DNA of 64,000 nucleotides. Origin: Geosiphon pyriformis uo1 (taxonomy: Eukaryota > Fungi > Glomeromycota). Positions 14,742-26,511 of this stretch are shown here, piece by piece. The DNA is taken from NCBI GenBank assembly GCA_016748015.1, contig JAAOMT010000561.1, positions 70,026 to 134,025 of the forward strand, written 5' to 3'. The notes below the pieces were generated by a model. The model was given only the letters and a program-made list of their open reading frames with translations, was not told the origin of the DNA and did not search any database. The translations under genes were made by a program, and so were the position numbers. Position 1 is the first letter of the stretch, and every line of letters starts with the position of its first letter.

Positions 14742-16693
14742 TAAGATGGAAGAAAAGCCAACGAACCCGATCCAGAATGCAGATAATCTAATCTATCCAA
14801 AACCGAGTGAACCAAAGCCTCAAAAGCCATTATATTCGACTCCAAACTGCCAATCTTGGCAGTCAAAACCTTAGAACTGCTCAGACTGAGATCAACAATT
14901 GACTTACCAACATTAGGAGAAGAAGAGGCAGACAATAACAACATACTATCCAAAGCCAAACCTAAGTCTATATCTAAAACAATAGCAGTTGAAGACACCA
15001 AAGGAAGAGCTAAGGGAGAGGGCGCCAATGACACCAAGTCAACGAAACTTAACTTCTTCAAAATAAGTGAGACTTGGTCCGAGAGAATTTCCATGGAGCA
15101 TTCTAGCACAGCTAGACAACCACCTAGATCAGCAGCACCAGATGAGGAAGGATCTATTGAGAAAGCCTTCGAACCAAAGATCAAACCAACACCAGGAGCA
15201 TCTGAAGAGACAACACGAGAGGAAGAGCTGCCTGCCACTTGGGCCTATGTCTTTCCACTAAAAGAAACTGGGTGGACAATTGGTGCCTGCTTCTTCCTAT
15301 AAATATTGGCCAACCATATTCTATTCTGAAAAGTTGCCGCACGTTTCCCACGACCACCAAACCCCCCATCCACAGAGCAATCAACAGCAGTATGACCAAA
15401 CAGTTTGCAATGAGCACAACTGGCCAGAGAAAGACCAGCCCAGCACAAGCCCACACCTTTGAAAACCGGAACCGAACCAATAGCAGCCAACTTGGATGCC
15501 TCACTTTCAAAACAAATTACAGCACACTGATCATGAACATATGAAGATGGATTACGGCCAATAAAACAAGTCTTTCCACCATAAGTCTCCACCAAAGCAG
15601 ACAAATCATGGGCAGTGGTGCCAACTGAAAGAATGTAAAGCAACGCCCGATGCTGATCCCTAGATACCCACGTTTGTTTATCAATATTTGCCTTTGCCAT
15701 GCGAACAGAATCTTTTCCCATGAGCACAGACCATCTAGCCATGACCAAATCAGCTATCTCAGATGATTCATATTTCACTAGGGCCTTTTGCCAAAGACCA
15801 ATAAGCTGCACTTTGATTGAAATAATCTTGCCAAACTTGGAGAACACTGCCTTAATCACCAATTTGGGAAGATCCACGGAGATTTCCTTGACAATCACCT
15901 CCTGATCCGAATGGCTGTTTACTTTTCTCAGATCATCATTGACTAAAATTTTCTTACCAATTGCCATTTCCCTAGCCTTATTCAAACTAATTTCAGATGT
16001 AAAGAAGGATCTAATGATCCCTGAGAATTTTAAGGGAGTTGAGGCTCCCCCAAATCCATCAACGTGATAAAAAATTTTTTTCACACAAATCAACTTATCA
16101 CCATTAGTTTTGCCAAGAATGACAGATAGCTTAATATCCAATGCAAACGATTTTGACAAATTAAAACTCTGATTTTCCAGTGCACGTGACCCGACTGGAG
16201 GAAGGCGATTGGACCCACAAAATTTAGGACTCGGAAGAGGCAAAGTGTCTTCACCATCACTTAGAACGTTGAAAGAGAGAGGAGGTGGCTTACTGTTCAG
16301 AACATAGGTGCAGGTACGCATCTTTCTTGGCGTGGCATTATTCATGTCATCGTTCAAACCTGAAACATCCAACTTTGCATAGCTAGTTTCCTCAGTGACG
16401 ACATTTTCCAAGTTATCCAAGTCCGAGATGCCACTTACGCTGTCCACTTTGCTGTTGACCTCGCTAGCCCACAATCATCCAATGTTAGGTCCGTCATCAT
16501 TTTCATCCATAACGTTCGAGACACCAGCAGACGACTCCACCAAACTGCCAACCACCACAGGTTTCTTTGGCTTTTTATAGGATGCACCGCGAGATTGAGG
16601 ACCAACCGAACGCTTATTTTTGACACCAGACCGAGTTCCCAACCCAGCCGAAACGGACCCAGAACCACCAGCAGCAAAGCCCACCAGTTCCAT
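14741..16693 (-). pseudogene. LINE A ORF1 (gag-like; RRM-like segments and CCHC knuckle), two premature stops
   Basis: VFSKFGKIISIKVQ (RRM-like) and CAHCKLFGHTAVDC (CX2CX4HX4C). Stops at 16475 and 15245. Confidence 0.9.
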
Positions 16694-17171
16694 AGCTACA
16701 AAAAGGGGAATGTCTGAAGAAATAACTGGAGAAAGTTGAAAGAGAAAGGGAAAAGAAAGGCTATTTCAATGATGACTCAATGCTCTCATTGTGACTGGGA
16801 GATCAATGAAAGAAAGAGTTTTTCTCTGTTTAAAATACATAAATTTTATTTTAAACTATTTAAACTTTTTATATTTTAATTTAAACTATTTAAAATTGTT
16901 TTACATATTTTTATATTTGTAAAATAAAAATTTATAAAAATTTATAATATTGAAATTATGTTAATTTTTTGGTTAAATAATCTAATTTTTATTATTTTGT
17001 ATTTTTTAAATAACTTCTGTTTAGTATTATTATTAATTTTGTTTTATTTTTTGATTATTTTTTACAGTAATTATAATTTAAATTACAGTTGTATTTATTA
17101 AATAATAATAATAAAATATTTAAATATTTAAATACTTAAATTAAATTTTTAAATTTAATGTAATTTAAAAT

Positions 17172-20100
17172 AAAAAAAAACTTCTTTCTCTCCTTTGTCC
17201 AAAATTTCCAAAAAAGAGTCAAAAGTTTTTTTGAAAGAAGTTTTTTATTATTCAGTACGATAAATCAAAACTGTTTTTTAATTATAAGGCCACTATTGGC
17301 TCTGTTATTGCTGTTATGAAGAAAACTCTTAAAGTTTCTGGTTCTGATGGTGGTTTCAAAGCTGTTGCATCAAGGAAAAAAAGGAAGGGAGGTGTATTAA
17401 AAAAGAGTATTAATAATAGTGGAGTTGCTGCTGAAGCTCTTGGTGCTTGTTCATGGAGTTTTGAGACTGGTGATACTACTAAGTCTGAGAGTATTGACAT
17501 GGAGGAAGAGTGCTTGGTTGAAGAAACTAGTGTTGACTATGGTGAAAGTGGTACTTTCACAAAAGGGGATCTTGATTAAATGCCAAAAAGTTTGCATGTA
17601 AAGACCAAGAAAGTGTTGGAGAAACCATTGGGTATGATTAATTACAATACTGTTAATGCAAGTAATGATGTTTTGGATAATTTCTTCTCTCTTCTGTTCT
17701 TTTTTCCTATTAAACCATCCGTTTAAGTATCTGTTCGCAAGTTTTTTGCTTTAGATATTGATCTTATGGCCATTGCTGAGAAGTTTTCTCAGGAAAAATT
17801 AAGTTTTATCAGAAAAATTTTTTCAGGTGTGAATGGTTTTGGGGGGGCTTCTACTCCCTCAAAATTTGGTGGAATTATTTGTGCAACTTTCACTTCAGAA
17901 GAAGTGATGATGGCTGCAGCTAGATTAGCAAATAATTATGATGTTGTAGTAAACACTAATCTCATGTGCCCTAGCAACAATTGTACAAATCAGGCTATTG
18001 TGCTAAAAGAAATTCCAGTGGGAACATCTGTGGAGGCTGTGCATACAGCTGTATTTGAATTTGAGGTAATTAAGATAATCAAAATGCAACTGGTAGGTTT
18101 GTGGCAAAAAGTGATTGTTGAATTGGAAGATAAAAATCAGGCTAATCTATTAGTTGACAAATAGTACATCCTAATTGGGAAAGATGCGGTATGAGTGGCC
18201 AGAGCTGATATTAACAAACATTCATGGGATGTTCAAGATAGTTTCAGAGCTTTGCTGTATATTCTCCTTGTGAGAACTACTGCTCATGATTTGTGAAATT
18301 TTATTGGTTCTGTTAGTAAGAAGACCTGTTTCATTGATCATAATTCTGTCAGTTATTTTTGTGCTTGTTGTGTCACTGTATGCTTCGACTCTGAGTTAGA
18401 TTTGGTTGGTGCTATGATGACAACCCCAGTTATAAAAGGTGTTGGTCTCTACTGGTCTCATCTTTCTTAGACTTCATGTGCGGTTTGCAAATGTTTTGGT
18501 TATACATCTCTTAGTTGTCAGTCAGTTAAGGATGCTGTAGCTCTGGGTGGCAGAAAAACTCCTCTTTCGGCTCAAGACCAGTTCAGATTGGCTAGAATTT
18601 ATGCAAAAAAGTCTGCACCTATTTCTCGTCCTTTGGCTTTTGGTGGTAAAACTTGGGCATCAGTGGTTGGTGCTCCTCTTGTGTGCACTTCTTATGGTGC
18701 TAGTATGTCTCTTGGTTTCAATAAAATTGGTGAACTCTTTCCTTCAGTTGTGAACAACCTGGAATTATGTTTGGTCAGTATTAAAAGCAGTCTTGTCAGC
18801 CTCACAGAACAGATTAGTGAGTTGGCTAAGAGGTTGGAGTCACTCATGCTGGCAGTTTTCTAGTCTAGTCCTAGATGTCAGCTGCCAGTGGCCCCCTTAT
18901 CACAGAATTAAGGGAAAGATATAGTAATAGGAGTGGGTTTGGATGAAGCCACTAGTGACAGAATTGATCCAATTGTGGATTCGACAGCATCCCCTCATGT
19001 TGTCAAACTAGAAAAAATGCTGGATGGTCTTTCCAGGTCTGTATTGAGCTTGTCTGCTCACTTTGATAGTTTGGCTTTGGCTGGTGATACCATTTCCCTA
19101 ACTTCTTCTCAATAAGTGATCTTATGTGAAGGGTTGCTATATGCAATATTAGAGGTATGAACATTTCTGCAAAACAGAATAATATTGTTTGTTGGCATAA
19201 AGATATGAACAATTTGGTTTTGATTTTCACAGAAACAAAGTTAAGAAATAGGGCTCGTTCTTGATTGATTAACAAATTTGATAATGTTTATGTGTTTTTT
19301 TCTGGTTTGGACTCTGGCTATGTAGGTGCTGGTGTTGTGATTATTATGAACAGATCCTTAGCTAGACATGTGTATAAGGTTTCTGAGATCCCAGGTCATT
19401 TTTTCTGCATTAAGTTACTTTTCAAAAATAAACTTTCAGTTTCAATTTTGGGGCTGTATGCTGGTGTCTTCTTGGCTACTTGATTTTCTCAGGCTAATGA
19501 GATCAATTTTTTGATTGCAAGAGCTATGAATGAATTTTCTTTTGTCATTCTTGGTGGTAACTTTAATAAAGATGATTCTCATAAATGTGCTAGTTTTAAA
19601 AAGTGCTATGATTTGGGTTTGATTAATTCTTTGGGTGGGAGCTCTTTTACTAAAGCACCAACTTGAAGCAATTCTCAGAGTGTTGCCAAGACAATTGATT
19701 ATGTGTTTGTTTCCTCAAATCTGGTGAATGCGATAATGCAGTGTGATGTTTTCATTGTTAGTGAACATTTTAATATGGATCACAAAGCTGTTTCTGTGTT
19801 TTTAAGTTTGGATGGCCTTTTAGATGCAAAATTAAACTCTCTTTGCAAACAGATGAATAAGGATTGATGGAAGTTTAATTTTAAGGGTGCTGATGAGATT
19901 AAATGGAATAATTTTAAAAGTTCTATACTTGTATCTGTGAGATTCTCAGATTTGGACACTATGTGGTGTGTTGTGTGCAAAGTTATGACTCTTTTGGCTA
20001 ATGAAATTTTCAAAAAAAAGTGGTTCAAAGGGTTTGATGAAGTTTTCACCAAAGATTCTTCAAAATTTCATAAATTAGAGCTTTTGGTTTCTAAGATTGT

Positions 20101-23100
20101 CAAGGCTTTACATGGGGAAGATGCTAGGAACTTTGTTTATCTTATGGAATGCTGGAGTTCTATGGACAATATTAAGTCTTTGGTTGTTCAAGATCTGGTG
20201 GATTCTGGTGCTGGTTCTGATCGTATTTGTTCTGCTTTTTTTAGTGCTAGGAAGTCTTATCATGCTTCCAAACTTACTGAATCTCTGAGAGCTAAGAAAG
20301 CAAATATCAAGTCTGCCATTGATAGGAGGATGGAGAGCTTTGAAGTCAATAAGAGTCATATAATCAGAAGTGTGCTAGAGCATCCATTTTGTAAAGTGGT
20401 GTTAGACCATCTGGTGGTTAATGATGATCTGATTTTGGAACCTGATTTGGTTAAGTCTAAGGTAGATGTAATCATAGAAGAATAAACTAGGAAGCGTCAT
20501 GTGGCTAATGATATTTCATTTAATTGGCACTATTAATATTAATCTTTAGAATATATTTTTGATAAGGTCTTTTCTAATGTAATGTGTCCAATTGGTTTTA
20601 ATAAATTCTTTGGGGTGGTTTCTGATTTGCCTGATGACAAAGCTGCTGGTTTGTCTGGTATCTTGAACAAACTCTGGAAACATTGCAATAATTCTGTTTT
20701 GAATATGCTCTTATTGATTTTAAACCTTTATCTGTCTAGTAAATTGGTGCCTGGCTCTTGAAAAGAGACCTGAGTATCAATGATTTCCAAACCATATGAA
20801 TGGGAGGGTGTTTTGACCAATACTTATCCTATTGTTTTGATTGAAACAGCTCATAAGATTCTTTCTAAGATTTTTTTTGATAGGATCTCCTCAGCATGTA
20901 GTGCTTTTAATGTCCTTCATGGGGCCAATTTCTCGGTTTTAAAGAGTATAACAACTCAGTCTCCTATTTTTGCAATTGGTTTGGTAGTAGAAGATGCTTT
21001 GAAAAAAAACCGAGAGCTTTGGCTGGTTCTGCAAGACATGTGAAAAGCATATAATTCAGTTGGCTGGGGACATCTCAAAAATAGTTTGATTAGGATTAAG
21101 ATGTATAGCAAGTTTATTCATTTTTTTGGCAACATTTACAATAATTGTACCAACTGGGTTATGACAAATTTTGGTTTGATAGATGGTTATTATGTACATG
21201 ATAGTCTGGATCAAGGAGAAGTTTTCTCTTCCCTTTTGTGGCAGATATTTTATGATCTTTTGTTGTGTGAAGTCAGGCATTAGAAGAGTGTATGTGGATA
21301 TAGGCTGAATTCTTATTTTATTTCCAAGAATGGTTGTGCCAAATCTTGGGCTGGGCATTCTTTTTTTTTTGCTGCTGGTGCCTTTGTTGATGATACGATT
21401 TGGGTTGGTAGTAGTCAAAATGCTACTCAACATATTCTCAATATTGCCAGTAAATTTTTTCAAATTAACAATATTTCAATTAACAATGACAAAACAGTGG
21501 CAATTCCTATTAACAGCAGGGTCAGCAATTCTTCTTTTTCTATCAGTGGTCTGCTTATTTCAGTTGCCAAAAAGGGGGAGTCTTATCAATACTTGGGTAT
21601 TTTTCTTTCAACTGAGGGCCTTTTTAAATCTAGTTTAGTAAGAGTGTATTCAGATGTTTGTTTTTTCATTAATTTGGTTTTGAAAAAAGCTGTCTCAGAT
21701 AAACAGTTCTTATATTTGGTTTTGGCAGTTCTTCATTCTATTGTTAGCTTTAGAACACAGTTTAGCTTTGTTTCTGTTAGTGTGTGCAACAAATGGGATG
21801 CTTTAATTCACAAGGGCTTGAAGCTGAAATCTGGTCTTCTACTGGATTTTCCTAGTAATATAATTCACCACCCCTCTTTTTATGGTTTGAAGTCTTTTTC
21901 ACAGTGTCAATCTGAGGGCAAGATTGCTTTACTTATTAGTTTTGCAAACTCTGACAGAATTTTGGGGCATTTGTTTGGTCACAGGTCTCATAAGTTATAG
22001 ATTCTGTGTTGACAACCTGTCCATCCATTGGTTTCTCCTGCTTGTGTTCATGTCAATGCTTCTAATAACTTCTTAGCTAGTATGGTTTACATTCTTTTTG
22101 ATTGCAAGTTATCTTTGGGTGGCTTTTTGGCCAGCTCTTTCTGGTTTCACAGTGGGGTACCTATGTCAGTTGTTCTTGGCAAATCTTTGTTTTACAAGTT
22201 TTTACCTTCTCTCCAATGTTATGGTATTGTCTTTGTGAACTAGTTTCATGATCATAATGGTAGTGTATTTAGCTGGCGCATCTTTAAAAAATGGAAGAGA
22301 CTGGACTCTCATGGTCCAGTTCCCGAATGGTTCAACCTTTCTGTTGCATTTCTTGTGGCTCTTTGTTCTTTTCTATTGGCGTCAGCTGGTGTTGGCCCTC
22401 TGGACATTTGTGATTCTAATGATTTTGTGTCTATCTGTGATCGTTTTTCTCAGGTTGGCACTGATAGCTTGTTTGTGTACATGGATGGCTCATTAAAGAA
22501 TTTGGACACAATTGGTTGTAGAGCTGAAGCTGTTGCCTTTTTTGAGGACATTAATTTGGGTTTGGGTGTTGGTGTTCATGGCTTATTGTTATCCACTTTG
22601 ATGGGACTACAGACTATAGCATTGGCTCTGGAGTGTGTGTCTGCAGCTCATTCTGTTCATCTGTTTTTAGATAGTTAGGCAGCATTGGATGTTTGCAAGT
22701 CAGAATCTAATCTAGTGTATTCTGATTTTCACAATCAGTGTTAGATTGAGCATCAGCATATTAGGAATGTTATTCACAGAAAAAATTTAAGGGTTAATTG
22801 GCACAAGATCAAGGGCCACTTTGGTATTTCAGGGAATGATTATGCTAATAGTATTGCTGATACTGTGTCTCTTTCTGATTGGTATTTTTCTTTTCGTGTT
22901 AGTAAACATTTTTTGTTGGCAGATGGTGATATTGTTTCTGGTAATTCTAGGCACTTTGTTTATAATGTTTTTCATGCTGTTTGTTATACATGTTGGGAGG
23001 TCAGTTCTGGTTCTGGATTTCTAAATAGTAATTTGCATTCAGATGTCAATTGGCTTTGTTTTTCCAAAGTTTGGCACCCTGATTTACATATGGCCATTGG

Positions 23101-23915
23101 TTTTACTAGCAGGCTTATTGCTGATACTCAAACTTACTTTATGAAGGCTTTATACTAATGGCTTCTTGTGGCTGTTCGAAAGCATATTTACAATAAATGT
23201 TATCCTAGTGTTCTGTGTTTATATTGTGAGAAGGTGGAGGTGTCCAATCATGTGTTTTCTTGTGTGGTTGATGATTCAGCTCATTGTCAGGTCTTGGAAT
23301 TTTACATGTCTTCTTAGAGAGCACTTTCTGGTCTCTTTCTTCTTTCTTTGGGTGTGTTGCAACTGATGTCAATCTGTGTCTTGGACTTTCTGGTTTTCTC
23401 AGCCCTTTACAAGGGTTTTGTTTTCAATAGATGGCTTCAAGAAGCTATTTTTGTCTTCCATGATCCCAAAGTTGTTGGTGTTAAGATTGCTGATTTTGTG
23501 CATTCTATTTGTCTTGCTTTCAGGAATAACGTTTGGTTGATCCGTACTAAGCATCATGTATTTATGGAAAAAAATGGCCTAATCTCAGTAGATGACTCAA
23601 TCTCCATCTCGATTTCTGGTTTGGTTTCGGGGTTCTCAATTGGTGTGATTAAATTGCTTGGTATTGCTGAAGCTTTTGGTGTCCATTTTGGTTTTTGCAA
23701 GTCTTGTGTATTTTTTTTAGGTATTAGTGACCCAGTTTCTGTCAATATAAGTGCATAGTGTCATCCTGACTGCCTCAAGTGGCTGGTCACATGTAGAAAA
23801 TGCATGATTCATGCTTAGTTTAGATCATTTTTTTGATGTATGGTTCTAAGTAGTATTTGGATCTCATTCATTAAATGAGATAAAATAAAAATAAAAATAA
23901 AAATAAATAATAAAA
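17172..23915 (+). mobile_element. Full-length decayed LINE, copy B (second ORF1/5'UTR type)
   Basis: ORF1 remnants 17316-19115 and ORF2 remnants 19112-23758 with the same domain motifs. Shared 3'UTR and (AAAAT)n tail. The TSD cannot be resolved in the A-rich flanks. Confidence 0.93.
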
Positions 23916-24672
23916 ATTATATGTATATAAATTTTTTTGTAATAAACATTTAAAATTATAATATTTTTCAAATTAAGTTTTAATTTCAAATATAATTATT
24001 TATTTTAATTATATATAAATTATTTTTAATTTTTAAATTTAAAAAAATTAACATAAGTAAAATAATAACAATAAATAAATTTAATTTATTTAAAATGTAA
24101 ATAATAATTGGGTTTTTTAAAAACTGGCTTAATTTTATTAAAACTTATATTTTTTTTTGGCAATTATAATAAAATCTATGTTTTTAATTATTTGTTTATT
24201 ATTATTAATAACAAATTAATTTTATTTAATACATGTTTATATTTGTTGTAAAGTGTCACAAACTGATATAAAAAATCTGATCTATAACACGTGATTAGAG
24301 AATCAGGTAAACCCTTCTATTGGTTATTTAAATGGTTACGATTTCAGGTAATTCAGCCCGCGAGTTCATCATATGTGACACACTGATTTTTTGATACTAT
24401 TTAGCATCGATACTGTTTTCTTTTTTATAAACCTGGCACGCTTAGGTGTGTTAAAAGTGTTTGTTTACTGCTATTTGAGCCAAGAATTTCAAAAGTGGGA
24501 CGTCCTTTATTTCGGCTGGCCTTTACTCGAATACCACCTTAGGTACCCGCATTTAAGTTCTCTACAAATATAAACCTTTTACGTCACGAACAAAGGTAAC
24601 GAAGTATAGAACAAGCCATCTAAATATAAACACGTCTTTGTTCGCCCGCGAAGTTCTACTTCTTGCCGTATA

Positions 24673-25955
24673 ATGACACAGAACAAAACCGAAGAAGAAG
24701 TAGTAAACGAAGTCATGGAAGAACTTGTTGATTTTGATGGTGGCAACACGACTGGTGGAACAGTAGAAACCAATAACATTTCCACTAATACCGAAAACAA
24801 AAGTAGTGGAGCTGAGAGCTCCAAGGAAGAGACACAACTAAATAACGTCGCTGAAGCTCCAAAAGAGGTAAAATTAGATAATGAAAATACGGCAGAAGAT
24901 GTCCAGTCGGCCGAAGATAAGAAAGAAACTAATGGTGAGGGCAAAAGTGAAGAAGGCGATAAGGAGGACCATGATAGCACTTCGCCTCCTGCTGAAGGTG
25001 AATACGAGGTTGAAACTATCGTAAAACACAGAAAAAAGAAAGTAATGATGATTCAACCTCATATTTATCGTTAAGTTCTACACTATCAAAAAGAATTAAT
25101 CCTTACTACTTTAAATGGATTGCCCAGGGAAAACCAAATACATTTCAATATTTAATTAGATGGAAAGGTATTTGAAGAAATTAATCTTTCATCTCATTGT
25201 TAATGTGATTTTCAAATCAAATCAATCTTAAATATTATTTTCCCTTTCAAAGGTTATGGTGAAGATGAGATGACCTGGGAAAACGCAGATGATTTGTATG
25301 TTTATTCAAGAGTATTTTCTCACGTTTCAGCATTTATATGCATGATATTACTTGATCTAAAAATATCATTTAGATTTTGTGATGATCTGGTGGCGGAATA
25401 TTGGGAAAAAGTCAAAAATCAAGAAGTTCAAGCAAATGAAGGAAAAAAGGTTTCCAGGAGTGCTTCAAAGGGTAAAGCCAAAAATACACCTCCACCTATT
25501 GTTAAATCCGAGAACAAACGAGGCCGACCAAAAGAGAAGACGGATGATAATGATCGACCCCGTAAGCAAAGAAAGAAAAAAGGTGATGATGACAATGATA
25601 ACTGGGAATCTCAAGTTGTCGCGGTTGAAACAGTTACTCGCGACGATAAAACCGGGGAACTCATGGTCTTCTTGAGATGGTAAATTTCACCCTATATCAT
25701 GTTGTTTTCTCCATCATTGATTTTGCAATTGCCCTCTTTTTCAAATTTACTTTTTTAGGGCGAATGGGGACACTTCAAAACACCCCAGCAAAGAAGCTAA
25801 CGTCAAGTGTCCCCAACAGGTAATTTTTCTAGTTCGCTTGTGTACATAGAGTTGATATCAAAAACCAATATTCACCATATGAACTCTTCCAACAGATGAT
25901 CAGGTTTTATGAGCAGCGTTTGACATTCGCTCCCCCCTCCACTAACAAGACTTAA
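24673..25955 (+). CDS. HP1/Swi6-like chromodomain and chromo-shadow protein (exons 24673-25041, 25128-25167, 25253-25295, 25374-25679, 25759-25819, 25896-25955)
   Basis: Acidic N-terminus. Chromodomain EYEVETIVKHR..YLIRWKGYGEDEMTWE with aromatic cage. Basic hinge KRGRPK..RPRKQRKKK. Shadow domain WESQVVAVETV..LMVFLRW..EANVKCPQQMIRFYEQRLTF*. Confidence 0.92.
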
Positions 25956-26511
25956 CATCATCGTCAATTCTTATTCATTAAATCAATTAATTATCAATCT
26001 CAGGATTGAATATTTGGTTCCTTCCTCGCTAGGCGGCGATGGACAAATAACTAGCTGTACGCTTAACTGTATATAGAAAATTTCATTTTGGTTCCCATTA
26101 CTCGTGTCATTCTTGATGGCTTTCGAAGCTAACTTTTCATGTCCCGGACTTTTTACAATAAATACCACAAATTTTGAGCCATATTACGTTCTCTCACCAA
26201 ACCATAAAAGATTTTACAAGCCTTATTAGAAAAAATTTCTTGTTATGTTTCTGCTTTTAACGAAACCATTGGGACATAGGATGTTGAGACACAAAATAAT
26301 TGGGGAAATGGACCCATTGGTTTCTATTTTGAAAATTTCTTGAGAATCTGAATTTATTCACAAAAACTAATTCACCGACACATTTGACCCATAAATGGAA
26401 TATTGGACTTGGATGTGAAAGAAATGCTTTGGGCTCGGAGACAAAATCTAATCTCCGTTTATTGATATCACCACTTTAATGTCATTAATTGAATTAAAAT
26501 CTATCACCGAA

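Larger units (their letters stand above)
9930..16824 (-). mobile_element. Full-length non-LTR retrotransposon, copy A (least decayed, still inactive)
   Basis: ORF1 16693-14741, ORF2 14741-10064, 3'UTR and poly(A) at 9930-9938. TCTGTTTAA is duplicated at 9921-9929 and 16825-16833. Confidence 0.96.

Noticed and set aside
10730-16580. Long antisense and alternate-frame ORFs overlapping the LINEs (also in copies B, D, E and F)
   Set aside because: They are shadows of the strongly T/G-skewed LINE coding strand, have no motifs and are not conserved between copies.
10064-16693. TGA/TAG at conserved Trp codons in LINE A as evidence of an alternative genetic code or A-to-I stop correction
   Set aside because: Stops also arise from Gln codons and there is a frameshifting deletion. 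Stop positions differ between copies, and host genes use TGA as a stop and TGG for Trp.
16773-16779. TGACTCA (AP-1/Gcn4 core) in the LINE A 5'UTR
   Set aside because: It is not present in the homologous D and E leaders and could have been created by CpG decay.
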